A stretch of 60,873 nucleotides of DNA, the filler included. It is 6 parts of 6 records of this genome, joined end to end, with 100 filler letters (N's around TTAATTAATTAA, not from the genome) between each part and the next. Parts side by side here need not be neighbours in the genome. Positions count along the whole stretch, not along the records: positions 24,502 to 47,125 come from SRR31156797_5574; 5 more parts are not named here. One strand, written 5' to 3'. Below are positions 28,244 to 38,883 of this stretch, piece after piece. The notes under the pieces were generated by a model that was not told the DNA's origin, ran no database searches, and saw nothing but the letters and a program-made list of their open reading frames with translations. Positions within the stretch are counted from its first letter, which is position 1. Each line of letters starts with the position of its first letter. The translations under genes were made by a program, and so were the position numbers.

Positions 28244-29050
28244 ATGCTTAAAACAAACTATTTCTCAGTAAGTATTACTCTATTATTTTTATTAATAAAC
28301 GCAACAACTATTGCCCAAACAAAAAAAGAAGTTCAGTTTTCTCTGGATACCTTATTAAAATCTAAACAAAAACTTCAGGAAGATTTCAATGACGTTCGAT
28401 TAGCATGGAAAAAACAAAATGCTTTTTTCGAACATGTGAAAGCTAATTTATTTGACCCCAGCGATATTAATACGCCCATTGAGGAAGCAATTATTGAATT
28501 TGATAAAATTAATAATGCGCTGGATGTAAAGGTTGAAGAAATTACAGATGATAACAAGTTATTGACAGATTCTTTAAATTATTATAAAAATCAGTACCAA
28601 CAATCGGTTCTTCAGTTTAAAATTTATAAAGATATTTTAAATTCTGCATTGAGTAAAGCATCCTTTCCTCTAGCTGAATCCGGATTAAAAGGCAACTGGG
28701 ATTTATTCCTGAATCCGGTTCAGATTAATGGAGATCCATTCAATTCAGGACTAATTAGTTTTAATCCTTTTTCTGACAACGATAGCATTATTGGTAGCAG
28801 CCTTTCTAAAATTGAATTTGCAGAAGATGAAATTGCCTCATTATATTTTAAAAATGGTGAAGAACAGAAAAGCTTTTACTCGGTAAATAACTTTAGTCTG
28901 GATAAACCATATTCTATTGTTTTCACCAAAAGTGATGAATTCAAGCTTACGCTTCATGTCACTCCACTTCCTTCTGGTTTAATGGTATCATACGAAAATG
29001 CGAATAAAACAGATAAAGTAATTTATTTCTATGGCCTGATGAAAAAATAA
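28244..29050 (+). CDS. Secreted hypothetical protein
   Basis: 268-aa ORF with signal peptide (IAQ), coiled coil and a beta-rich C-terminus. Confidence 0.7.
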   Translation: MLKTNYFSVSITLLFLLINATTIAQTKKEVQFSLDTLLKSKQKLQEDFNDVRLAWKKQNAFFEHVKANLFDPSDINTPIEEAIIEFDKINNALDVKVEEITDDNKLLTDSLNYYKNQYQQSVLQFKIYKDILNSALSKASFPLAESGLKGNWDLFLNPVQINGDPFNSGLISFNPFSDNDSIIGSSLSKIEFAEDEIASLYFKNGEEQKSFYSVNNFSLDKPYSIVFTKSDEFKLTLHVTPLPSGLMVSYENANKTDKVIYFYGLMKK

Positions 29051-29123
29051 CTCATTCCTTGAGTTTGTACTACTGAGTTACGTTTATCAGCCTATTTTGT
29101 TTATTTTTGCGCAAAACAGATTT

Positions 29124-29396
29124 ATGGCAACGCAAGATTATTCAAAGCTATTACAAAAATTAGAAGCAAATAAAAAATGGCCTTTGCTTTACATGTTTAA
29201 GTTTATTACACCAAACGAAGAAGGAAAAGTGAAACAAGTGGTGCAATTACTTCCCAAGAATGGTGACATATCATATAAACATACCAAAAACTTAAAATTC
29301 GTATCTATCACATGTAAGGCAAAAATGCATTCAGCACAAAGCATTGTTGATATTACAAGTGAAGTTCAAAAAATAGATGGAATCATTGCCTTGTAA
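29124..29396 (+). CDS. DUF493-family (YbeD-like) protein
   Basis: WPLLYMFKFI...FVSIT...IDGIIAL pattern. A Bacteroidetes -7 element TATTTTTG just upstream supports ATG 29124. Confidence 0.75.
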   Translation: MATQDYSKLLQKLEANKKWPLLYMFKFITPNEEGKVKQVVQLLPKNGDISYKHTKNLKFVSITCKAKMHSAQSIVDITSEVQKIDGIIAL

Positions 29397-29520
29397 ATTA
29401 ACAATTTGACATTTTTTCACAAATATTAATTTCAATTTATAAGCACAGACTGCTCTTGCAACAAAAAATCATTATCTTTACACTGGATTTGATTTCAATT
29501 AGAAACTAAAACATTTGATT

Positions 29521-29949
29521 ATGGCAGGTAGTTTGAAACATTGGCAAGACGAAGAAAAAGATTGGAAATTTTATTTTGATGAAGGCAAGTCGTATTTAAA
29601 CACTTGCAATAAATTGATAAAAAAAAGAGGTCCTTTCGATAATGAATTTGTTTATAATCTCTCTGTTCTTGCCGGAGAACGTTTAGCTCTAGGTATGATG
29701 CTGAGCCATGATTACATACCTGCATCGACTTCACTTTCAGGAATGTTACAGGAAGGTAAAGAGTTTTATGAATTAAGCGATGATGTATTAAAAGGAGCTC
29801 GTTTTTTAAATAAGTTTCAAACTTTTTGCTCTCTTGAAGTTATCCCATTTACTCCACCAAATGATGAAGAATTAGAACAAATAGTTAGCTATATTAATAT
29901 AGTTGATGATTTCTGTTCTAATAATTTATGCAAAGAGGTATTAGCCTAA
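29521..29949 (+). CDS. Hypothetical protein, HEPN-like helical fold
   Basis: Helical ~140 aa with a HEPN-like pattern (YNLSVLAGERLALGMMLSHDYIP); no cognate nucleotidyltransferase adjacent. Confidence 0.5.
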   Translation: MAGSLKHWQDEEKDWKFYFDEGKSYLNTCNKLIKKRGPFDNEFVYNLSVLAGERLALGMMLSHDYIPASTSLSGMLQEGKEFYELSDDVLKGARFLNKFQTFCSLEVIPFTPPNDEELEQIVSYINIVDDFCSNNLCKEVLA

Positions 29950-29987
29950 ATTAGAATTTATACTTTTGCATTTATTTTTGTAAAAGT

Positions 29988-30602
29988 ATGGATTTACTTG
30001 GCTTTGCTGACTATGCAGGAACATGTGCCTTTGCTATTAGCGGCACTCTTTCTGCAACAGATAAAAAACTGGACTTATTTGGTGCGAGCTTTATTGGTTT
30101 TGTAACTGCAGTTGGCGGTGGCACCATTAGAGATTTACTGCTAGGAAATACACCTGTTACATGGATATTAGGAATAGATTATTTTGCCTTAATTTCTATT
30201 TCTATTGTCTTTACATTTATATTCTTTAAGTATATCATACGCTTAAAGCATACTCTGTTTTTATTTGATACAATTGGGATTGGCGTATTCACAATTATTG
30301 GAGTTGAAAAAGCTTTACTATTTGACATTACTCCTCCAATAGCATTAATCATGGGACTTTCTTCTGCAGTAATAGGTGGAGTAATCAGAGATACCTTATG
30401 TAACGATGTACCTTTAATATTTCACAAAGAAATATACGCTACAGCCTGTATTCTTGGAGGAAGTGTTTACTTGATTTTACATCATTTTTCAGTTGACATT
30501 CATTTTTCACAGATTATTACAATACTTTCTATTATAACCGTCAGACTTTTAGCTATTAAATTCAACCTCAGTCTTCCTAAGATTACAAATGCACAAAAAT
30601 AA
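29988..30602 (+). CDS. Trimeric intracellular cation channel (TRIC/UPF0126) family membrane protein
   Basis: Duplicated TAVGGGTIRDLL / SAVIGGVIRDTL motifs. Confidence 0.9.
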   Translation: MDLLGFADYAGTCAFAISGTLSATDKKLDLFGASFIGFVTAVGGGTIRDLLLGNTPVTWILGIDYFALISISIVFTFIFFKYIIRLKHTLFLFDTIGIGVFTIIGVEKALLFDITPPIALIMGLSSAVIGGVIRDTLCNDVPLIFHKEIYATACILGGSVYLILHHFSVDIHFSQIITILSIITVRLLAIKFNLSLPKITNAQK

Positions 30603-30624
30603 GGGCTGCTCTTTCGAACAGCCC
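30603..30624. terminator. Terminator-like hairpin between convergent genes
   Basis: GGGCTGCTC-TTTC-GAACAGCCC. Confidence 0.5.
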
Positions 30625-30630
30625 ATCATC

Positions 30631-33213
30631 TTAGTTTTTAAATATTAAACCATGTTCACCAAGATCAATGGTAATCCGTTTTTCTTTTTCAATATCATCT
30701 GCTAAAATTCGTTTTGAAAGTTCATTTAGCACCTCTCGTTGTAATAAGCGTTTAATTGGTCTGGCTCCAAACAAAGGATCAAAGCCTGCATTGGCAATAT
30801 GCTCAATTGCCTTATTGGTCATTTCCAAATTTACTTGCTTCGCTTCCAATACCTTTTGAATATGAGCAAACTGTAAACGTACAATTTCCTGAATTTCCTT
30901 TTTATTTAAAGGCGTAAACATGATGATATCATCAATACGGTTCAAAAATTCAGGGCGTATTGTTTTTCTTAATAATTCAAACACTTCCTTTTTAGTCTTC
31001 TCTGCAAGCTCCGATTCATTGTCTTCTGTTACTCCTTCAAAATTAGACTGTATCAATTGACTACCTGCATTTGAGGTCATGATGATAATGGTATTTTTAA
31101 AATCAACCAAACGCCCTTTATTGTCTGTCAATCGTCCATCATCAAGTACTTGCAATAATACATTAAACACATCAGGATGAGCCTTCTCAATTTCATCCAA
31201 CAATACTACTGAATAAGGTTTCCTACGAACCGCCTCAGTTAGCTGACCTCCTTCATCATATCCCACATATCCAGGAGGTGCTCCAATCAATCGTGAAACA
31301 GAATGTCTTTCCTGAAATTCGGACATATCAATCCGGGTCATTTTGCTTTCATCATCAAATAAAAATGACGCCAAAGCTTTAGCTAATTCTGTTTTTCCAA
31401 CCCCCGACATTCCTAAGAATATAAATGATCCAACCGGGCGCTTGTCATCCTGTAATCCAGCCCTGCTCCTTCTTATGGCATCGGAAACCGCTTCAATTGC
31501 TTCCTCCTGTCCAACTACTCTTTTATGTAATTCTGTTTCTAAGGACAATAACTTTACCTTTTCGCTCTTAAGCATTTTAGTAATAGGAATACCTGTCCAT
31601 CGACTAACCACACCGGCAACATCTTCGGCGTCCACCTCTTCTTTTATCATGGCATGTTCAGCCTGTTTATCTTTCAACTGGCTTTTTAATATTTCTATCT
31701 GTTCTTCAGCTGCTTTAATCTTGCCGTATCGTAATTCTGCAACCTGTTCAAACAAACCTTCTCTTTCTGCTTTTTCTGCTTCAAATTTAAAATGCTCAAT
31801 ATCTGACTTATGCTTTTGTATATGATCAACAATATTCTTTTCTTCCTGCCACTTGGCTCGTAAACTATTGCGTACATCATTTAACTCAGCTATCTCCTGT
31901 TTAAGTTGACTTAATTTTTGACTATCCCCCTCTCTCTTAATAGCCTCTCGCTCAATTTCCAGCTGTTTTGTTTTACGATCCAATTCATCTACTTCTTCCG
32001 GAACCGAATTCATCTCTAAACGCAATTTAGAAGCGGCTTCATCAATCAAATCAATAGCTTTATCCGGCAAAAAGCGATCAGATATATATTTATTAGAAAG
32101 CATAACTGCCGATATAATCGCATCATCCATTATGCGAACTTTATGGTGGTTTTCATATCTTTCTTTAAGTCCTCTAAGTATGGATATGGCACTATTTACA
32201 TCAGGTTCATCCACCATTACCTGCTGAAAACGGCGTTCTAATGCTTTGTCTTTTTCAAAATATTTTTGATATTCATTTAAGGTAGTTGCACCAACAGCTC
32301 TTAATTCACCTCTGGCTAAAGCTGGTTTTAGAATATTAGCCGCATCCATGGCTCCCTCTCCTTTTCCTGCTCCAACAAGAGTATGAATCTCATCGATAAA
32401 CAATACTATTTCTCCATCACTCGACACCACCTCCTTTACAACAGCCTTTAATCTTTCCTCAAACTCCCCTTTATATTTTGCTCCGGCAACAAGTGCGCCC
32501 ATATCTAAGGAATAAATCTGTTTAGACTGCAAATTCTCCGGAACATCACCATTTACAATACGCATGGCAATTCCCTCTCCAATAGCTGTTTTACCTACCC
32601 CTGGTTCACCAATTAATATGGGATTATTTTTAGTTCTTCTGGATAAGATTTGCAAAACTCTTCTTATCTCTTCATCTCTTCCTATTACGGGATCTAACTT
32701 TCCGGATCGAGCATTTTCGTTCAGATTAATCGCATAACGATTTAAGGCATTATAGGAATCCTCGGCAGATTGGGAGTTTACTTTTGCTCCTTTTCGTAAA
32801 TCCTGGATAGCCTGAAGCAACCCTTTTTCTGTTACACCTGCATCCTTTAATAAGGATGAAACTTCACTTTTAACTTTTATTACAGCAAGCATAATATGCT
32901 CAATACTAACGTATTCATCCTGAAATTCTTTTAGATAATCTTTTGCCTTTAACAGAACTTCATTACTTGTTCTGGACAAATAAGGTTGTCCACCACTAAC
33001 TTTAGGATAACTATCTATAATAGCTAGCAATGGTTGCTGTATATTACTTACCCCTAATTTATTTAGTAAATGAGCACTTACATTGTCATCAACTTCAAAA
33101 ATCCCCTGCAAAATATGCGCAGGCTCAATTGCCTGATGATTTTTGGAGGAAGCAATTTCAACTGCCTTTTGAATTGCCTCCTGCGATTTTATAGTATATT
33201 CATTTAGGTTCAT
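30631..33213 (-). CDS. clpB: ATP-dependent chaperone ClpB
   Basis: Two AAA+ modules (GEPGVGKT, GMSGVGKT), coiled-coil middle domain, GAPPGYVGY; 860 aa. Confidence 0.97.
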   Translation of the reverse strand: MNLNEYTIKSQEAIQKAVEIASSKNHQAIEPAHILQGIFEVDDNVSAHLLNKLGVSNIQQPLLAIIDSYPKVSGGQPYLSRTSNEVLLKAKDYLKEFQDEYVSIEHIMLAVIKVKSEVSSLLKDAGVTEKGLLQAIQDLRKGAKVNSQSAEDSYNALNRYAINLNENARSGKLDPVIGRDEEIRRVLQILSRRTKNNPILIGEPGVGKTAIGEGIAMRIVNGDVPENLQSKQIYSLDMGALVAGAKYKGEFEERLKAVVKEVVSSDGEIVLFIDEIHTLVGAGKGEGAMDAANILKPALARGELRAVGATTLNEYQKYFEKDKALERRFQQVMVDEPDVNSAISILRGLKERYENHHKVRIMDDAIISAVMLSNKYISDRFLPDKAIDLIDEAASKLRLEMNSVPEEVDELDRKTKQLEIEREAIKREGDSQKLSQLKQEIAELNDVRNSLRAKWQEEKNIVDHIQKHKSDIEHFKFEAEKAEREGLFEQVAELRYGKIKAAEEQIEILKSQLKDKQAEHAMIKEEVDAEDVAGVVSRWTGIPITKMLKSEKVKLLSLETELHKRVVGQEEAIEAVSDAIRRSRAGLQDDKRPVGSFIFLGMSGVGKTELAKALASFLFDDESKMTRIDMSEFQERHSVSRLIGAPPGYVGYDEGGQLTEAVRRKPYSVVLLDEIEKAHPDVFNVLLQVLDDGRLTDNKGRLVDFKNTIIIMTSNAGSQLIQSNFEGVTEDNESELAEKTKKEVFELLRKTIRPEFLNRIDDIIMFTPLNKKEIQEIVRLQFAHIQKVLEAKQVNLEMTNKAIEHIANAGFDPLFGARPIKRLLQREVLNELSKRILADDIEKEKRITIDLGEHGLIFKN

Positions 33214-33477
33214 GATAAATGCTATTATTGTTTACAAAGTGTATGCTTCAAATCATTTGCCATGTTCCAAACAAAGTCAATTTGACATTAAAACCGACTT
33301 TTTTATGTCACAATTGCAGCATTTGAGGTTCTATATTCTTAATAAGAACTATTTCATATTCTAATTCAATTACTATATTTGTTTAAATAATATCTGTTTA
33401 TTTAAGATAATTACATTAATACATACACCTAATACTACACTGATCAACTCTATAATAATCTTTTAACAAATTCATCC

Positions 33478-33975
33478 ATGAAAAATTTATTGTTAAGTAT
33501 ATTTTTTGCTTTGTTATTGGTTACTTGCGTTGCAAGATCAAAAAAGAAAACCGATGAAGTTTGTTGCAATTCAAAAGACACAATTGAAGATCAAACATTA
33601 ACTAACAGTTGCTGCTTGAAAGAATCCAATTTAGATACTTTATCCATCACTGTTGACAAACTGTTATCGCATCCAAATCAATTCTTAAACAAGAATATAA
33701 AGCTAAATGGATTAGTTGTACACACCTGTAAGAAAAGTGGTAAAAAAATGTATTTAAAAGGATCGGTTGATACTATTTATATTAAGGTTGAGGCGGGAGA
33801 AAATATCAATAAATTTGATTCATCATTAGAAGGAAAATATGTGATGGCTCAAGGTATTCTAAATACACTTGATCGTGATGACAAACACCATAATGAGCAA
33901 CAATATTGTTCGAGTGAGGAGAAAGGAAATAATCTGGTATTAATCTGTAATTCTTTTCAGCTAGTTCAAAAATAG
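33478..33975 (+). CDS. Exported Cys/His-rich protein with probable OB-fold domain
   Basis: Signal/lipoprotein-like N-terminus; CC pairs; GLVVHTCKKSGKKM motif. Confidence 0.6.
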   Translation: MKNLLLSIFFALLLVTCVARSKKKTDEVCCNSKDTIEDQTLTNSCCLKESNLDTLSITVDKLLSHPNQFLNKNIKLNGLVVHTCKKSGKKMYLKGSVDTIYIKVEAGENINKFDSSLEGKYVMAQGILNTLDRDDKHHNEQQYCSSEEKGNNLVLICNSFQLVQK

Positions 33976-34085
33976 AAAGACACCATAATGATGTAATCTA
34001 ATTTATATTATAACAAAATATCAGCACCACACTATCCAAACTTCTTTTTATATTAAGAACAAATACTTGACTAAGCTATTAGATA

Positions 34086-35945
34086 TTGAAGAAAAATAAT
34101 AAACACAAAAAACAATTCACTATACGTAATATACTGTTTACATGCGTGATATATATTCTTTCAATATGTTTTATACCCACTTCTACCATAGGTCAGAATA
34201 AAAGCCCCAAAGATTCAACTAAAACGAATTCAATACCTAAATATCTAAAAGACAGAGCTGAAACAAATTATTTATATAAGAAATTATATGAATGGCTGGT
34301 TATATCCAATGATTCTAACCTAAAAAAGAATGTATATTTAAGTAGTTGGCAGGAGCAAAACAAAAAGTATGACCATAAGATAATTCGTTCCATAAAAATT
34401 AAACAGATTTCTCCTTTCTCCAAAATGATCATCGATACAATAGGTATATCGATGTCACCTTTGGAAAAATCAATTTCCAAAATTAGATTTGAAACTAGAA
34501 AAAGCGTCATACTTAATCATTTAACCTTCAAAAAAGGGGAATTCTCAAATGCAGATAAACTTAAAGATAGTGAACGCCTTTTGCGTTCGCAGGATTATAT
34601 TACAGATGCATTAATTTTTATACAACCTGCTGTTTATGATAATTCAATGGTAGATGTAATTGTTTTTGTACAGGACAATTATCCATATGGTGCCACGCTT
34701 TCTGTAAACAATAATATAACAGCTGGTATATATAGCAAAAATGTTTTAGGCTATGGAATACAACTTGAACATATGCTGTATAGAAGTAGTAATACTAAAT
34801 ATCGATTAAGTGAAAAGTTGATTTGGAATAACATATATGGAACATACATTACATTAAATGCTAATTACAGCAATATGTACAATCAGCACTATTATAAAAT
34901 AGGTGCTCAAAAAAGGTTCTATACCAGAGAAGTTAAACATGCAGGAGGATTTAACCTTACTCAAAACTACCACATTCCTAATTATGGTAATGATAGCATT
35001 AATTTACTTGAACGAAATTTTGATTATACTTTTCAGGATTATTGGTTAGGAAAATCATATTTGATTAGAACATATAACTTTTTCGATCATTCTAACATTA
35101 CTTTGTATGGCCAGATTATACTATCTGAATATTACAATTTGCCAGATGACTTATTGCAAAAACCTTATTACCTTCCTAATATTTATACATTTGGTTCTAT
35201 TTCTTTTAGTAAAAGAGATTATTATAAAAACAAGCTCATATATAATTTCGGTAGAACAGAGGATGTTCCCTATGGATTTTTAGCTTCTTTGACTTATGGC
35301 TTTAATCATAATCAATGGGTCAACCGAAATTACCTGGGAGCTCATTTTTCGTATGGTAAGGCCATTATACCAAATAAAGGTTATTTTTATTGGAGTAGTG
35401 ATTTTCAATCCTTTTTAAATAAAACCAGCGCAGAAGACACGCGTATTAAATTACAGGTAAAATACATATCTTCTTTAATGAATGTTGGAATCCATCGTTG
35501 GAGATCTTTCTTATCAGGACAATACCTAAGTGGATTTCATAATTCTAATCCACAATATGTTTACTTAAACGAAGCCAATAACGGTATAAGTGCCCTTAGA
35601 AGCAAAGCCTTACGAGGTACAAAAAAAATGGTATTAAGTGCTGAAAGCATCTTCTTTTCAAGTAAGGAAATATTAGGTTTTAGTATGGCCTTTTATTCTT
35701 TTTATGATATGGGTTGGATTTCCGGAAACTCCAAACTATTCAAAACAAAGACCTATAGTTCTCTTGGGGCCGGAATTCGACTTAGAAACAACCACCTTGT
35801 TTTTAACACAATACAAATCCAACTTGCCTATTTTCCTAATATTCCTCCTGGAGGAACGGAATATGACTTCAGGTTAACCAGTGAGCAAGTGGATCGTTTT
35901 AATTTGTTCATGCCTCGAAAACCATACACAGATATTTATCAATAA
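34086..35945 (+). CDS. Outer-membrane Omp85/BamA-like protein with POTRA-like domain
   Basis: POTRA-like TRKSVILNHLTFKKGE...DSERLLRSQDYITDA; aromatic beta strands; SLGAGIRLRN near the C-terminus. Confidence 0.65.
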   Translation: MKKNNKHKKQFTIRNILFTCVIYILSICFIPTSTIGQNKSPKDSTKTNSIPKYLKDRAETNYLYKKLYEWLVISNDSNLKKNVYLSSWQEQNKKYDHKIIRSIKIKQISPFSKMIIDTIGISMSPLEKSISKIRFETRKSVILNHLTFKKGEFSNADKLKDSERLLRSQDYITDALIFIQPAVYDNSMVDVIVFVQDNYPYGATLSVNNNITAGIYSKNVLGYGIQLEHMLYRSSNTKYRLSEKLIWNNIYGTYITLNANYSNMYNQHYYKIGAQKRFYTREVKHAGGFNLTQNYHIPNYGNDSINLLERNFDYTFQDYWLGKSYLIRTYNFFDHSNITLYGQIILSEYYNLPDDLLQKPYYLPNIYTFGSISFSKRDYYKNKLIYNFGRTEDVPYGFLASLTYGFNHNQWVNRNYLGAHFSYGKAIIPNKGYFYWSSDFQSFLNKTSAEDTRIKLQVKYISSLMNVGIHRWRSFLSGQYLSGFHNSNPQYVYLNEANNGISALRSKALRGTKKMVLSAESIFFSSKEILGFSMAFYSFYDMGWISGNSKLFKTKTYSSLGAGIRLRNNHLVFNTIQIQLAYFPNIPPGGTEYDFRLTSEQVDRFNLFMPRKPYTDIYQ

Positions 35946-35971
35946 AAAAGGGCTACCATTTTGGTAACCCT
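35944..35971. terminator. Terminator between convergent genes
   Basis: AGGGCTACCA/TGGTAACCCT stem with an A tract (U tract on the minus strand). Confidence 0.6.
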
Positions 35972-35995
35972 AGTAATGTTTTATCTAATTCCTGA

Positions 35996-38137
35996 TTACA
36001 AAAAATCGTTGAAATAATTGGTCACTTTTTGCATTAAATGTACCCTATCCTCTCCAAGCACGTTGTGCTTATGTCGAGGGTAAACAAAGTAATCTACTTG
36101 TTTATCTGTTTTAATACACTGCTCAATAAAGTATAAGCTATGTTGCCATACCACAGTTGGATCAATTGCTCCATGAATAACCAACAAACGACCTCCCAAT
36201 TCCTTCGTTCTTAAATTTAGATTTGATTGTTTATAACCATCTTCATTTTCCTCTGGCAAGTCCATGTATCTTTCACCATACATTATTTCGTAATATTTCC
36301 AGTCAGTAACCGGACCTCCAGAAACACCTACTTTAAAAATATCTGGATATTTTTCCATTAAATTTATAGTCATAAAACCACCAAAACTCCAACCATGTAC
36401 ACCAATTCTATCCACATCAACATATGGAAATTGCTTTAAATACTTCACACCTTCCATTTGATCTTCACATTCCTTCTCTCCAAGCTGACGATGAATCACT
36501 TTTTCAAAATCACATCCTCTATCCGGCGTTCCTCTATTATCTAATGTAAAAGCAATATACCCCTGTTGAGCCATATACAATTGCCAAAGCCTTGCTGAAC
36601 CCAACCAACTATTTTTCACTAATTGAGCATGTGGTCCACCATAAACATATACTACTACCGGATATTTTTTACTTTTATCAAAGTTTGGAGGCAAAATCAT
36701 CCTTGTGTATAAATCAGTAACTCCATCAGCTGATTTAATAGTATCCATTACAATCTTACCAATATTATACTGCTCAAAAGGATTTTTAGCATTAAGTATA
36801 TTATTTGCTTTTTTCTTTTTAGTATCAACTACTTGAATCACTCTGGGTGTATTTACATTAGAGTACATATCAATGATTTTACTACCATCATGACTTAGAA
36901 GTGAATGATGCACTCCTTGCTCTTGTGTAATCCTTGTAATTTTCCCACTACTTAAGGCTACTTTAAAAATATGCCTGTTTAAAACGCCCTGATCTTTTGT
37001 AGATTCAAAAAACAAGTATTTTGCAGAACTGTCAAAGCCTAACACATCAGTTACTACCCAATTACCCTTTGTTAGTTGTTTTACAAAACCCTTATTAATA
37101 TCATATATATATAAATGATTAAATCCGTCTCTTTCACTCTGCCAGATAAAACGATTGCTTTCAGGAATAAATAACGCAGGGCTTTCTGGCTCTACCCACT
37201 TATCGCTTTTTTCCTCAAATAATGATTCAAGCATTTTTCCTGTTTGAGCATCATATTTATTCACCACCATATGATTTTGTCCGCGGTTTAGCTCAGCTAC
37301 TAAAACCTGATTACCCGTATTATCCCACGTAATATTAGTAAGGTATTTCTCCTTTGGTTCTCCAGTATTTAAATAAACTTTATCATTACTTTTAAAATTA
37401 TACACACCAATAGTTACCTGGTGACTTTTCATACCAGCCATAGGGTATTTTATATTTTCAAGAGCTGCCACTCTTTCATTAATATTAACCAATGGATAGT
37501 CGGTCACCATACTTTCATCTTTCCTATAGAAAGCCAAAGATTCACCATTAGGAGACCAAAAAATACCATTATGAATACCGAACTCGTTTCTATGCACAGA
37601 GGTTCCTACTTTTACATTTTCATTTCCCTCTTCAATCAAAATTGATTCATTAATTTCATCAGCAACAAAAAGAGAATCATGATATACATAAGCCAAAGCA
37701 TTAGCTTTTAAATTATAATATTTTTCTAATGATCCTTTAGGATATGAAATAGCAGTTTCCACCTTACGGGCATCAATATTCAATACAATAATTGCATTTC
37801 CATTATCAAACCATATCTTCTCATAATCCACCCATTTTACACCCCATAATGACTTAAGCGGATTTAGTTCATTTGCCTTTAACACATCATTTACTTCCTT
37901 TAAACTTAAAACATGGGTGAAAGTGTTATTTGCCTGAACTTGTAAAATACTATCAGGTTTAATCCAAACTACGTTATCTGAATTCCCTCTAAAATTGTAC
38001 TTTTTATATTCCGGTATAAATTGGCGATAGTTTTTTCCTCCTGATATTACATCTTCCAGGCTTAGCTTTTTTGTTTGTTGAGCCCAAAAAACAATACTAA
38101 AACTCAATAATATTAGAATGGCATTTAATTTTTTCAT
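35996..38137 (-). CDS. S9B dipeptidyl/prolyl tripeptidyl peptidase (DPP-IV family)
   Basis: GWSFGG nucleophile, DPTV and HNV triad residues, N-terminal beta-propeller, signal peptide. Confidence 0.94.
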   Translation of the reverse strand: MKKLNAILILLSFSIVFWAQQTKKLSLEDVISGGKNYRQFIPEYKKYNFRGNSDNVVWIKPDSILQVQANNTFTHVLSLKEVNDVLKANELNPLKSLWGVKWVDYEKIWFDNGNAIIVLNIDARKVETAISYPKGSLEKYYNLKANALAYVYHDSLFVADEINESILIEEGNENVKVGTSVHRNEFGIHNGIFWSPNGESLAFYRKDESMVTDYPLVNINERVAALENIKYPMAGMKSHQVTIGVYNFKSNDKVYLNTGEPKEKYLTNITWDNTGNQVLVAELNRGQNHMVVNKYDAQTGKMLESLFEEKSDKWVEPESPALFIPESNRFIWQSERDGFNHLYIYDINKGFVKQLTKGNWVVTDVLGFDSSAKYLFFESTKDQGVLNRHIFKVALSSGKITRITQEQGVHHSLLSHDGSKIIDMYSNVNTPRVIQVVDTKKKKANNILNAKNPFEQYNIGKIVMDTIKSADGVTDLYTRMILPPNFDKSKKYPVVVYVYGGPHAQLVKNSWLGSARLWQLYMAQQGYIAFTLDNRGTPDRGCDFEKVIHRQLGEKECEDQMEGVKYLKQFPYVDVDRIGVHGWSFGGFMTINLMEKYPDIFKVGVSGGPVTDWKYYEIMYGERYMDLPEENEDGYKQSNLNLRTKELGGRLLVIHGAIDPTVVWQHSLYFIEQCIKTDKQVDYFVYPRHKHNVLGEDRVHLMQKVTNYFNDFL

Positions 38138-38396
38138 AATATATATTTTTATTCATCATTATCAATCCGTTCGAAATATGAACTATTTTTTAGAAAAAAA
38201 ACCTAACATTTACACATGATCCCTCTATTTTTTGGTGTTTTTTTAAGAAAAATACCTATTTTAGACAGCGATTAAAAACATCACACAAATTATATAATAT
38301 ATTTAAGTATAGTGACGTTTTAATTTTAAATCACAAACTGTATATTTACGCATATTTAAATAAACAACACACATTGTTTTAAAATAATAATTACTC

Positions 38397-38834
38397 ATGA
38401 AAAAAGGACTTATACTAACCTCATTAGTTATTTTGTTATTTAGCCTTTTTGCACCGTCTAACATTTCTTCTCAAGAAGACAAAGTTGGAAATTGTGGTGA
38501 TATAATTAAAGCTCCTTTCATTTCTAATGGACAGCCATTAAGAGCATTCTTAACGGGTGATGAAGTGGCCGAATTTCGTACTACGTTTTTAAATGGCAGT
38601 TTATACAGATTAGCTGCATGCTCAGGTAAAAATCAACCCATTATATTTTCTGTTTATGATACAAATAGAAACTTGCTTTTTACAAATGATGAGTACAACA
38701 AAGCCAACGTTTGGGATTTCAAAATTGCAGGTTCTGTTGAATGTATTATAGAAGCCAAACTTGATACAAAAAAAGCTACATCAGGAATGGCGCTTATGTA
38801 TATTGGTTTTAAAAACCTGGAAGAAGATAATTAA
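38397..38834 (+). CDS. Secreted hypothetical protein
   Basis: Signal peptide, 145 aa, three Cys; 49 bp upstream of the ABC fusion gene. Confidence 0.7.
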   Translation: MKKGLILTSLVILLFSLFAPSNISSQEDKVGNCGDIIKAPFISNGQPLRAFLTGDEVAEFRTTFLNGSLYRLAACSGKNQPIIFSVYDTNRNLLFTNDEYNKANVWDFKIAGSVECIIEAKLDTKKATSGMALMYIGFKNLEEDN

Positions 38835-38883
38835 TGTTTTAACCCAATACAGGTTATTTTTTCATTTAATTTAAATCTAATGT

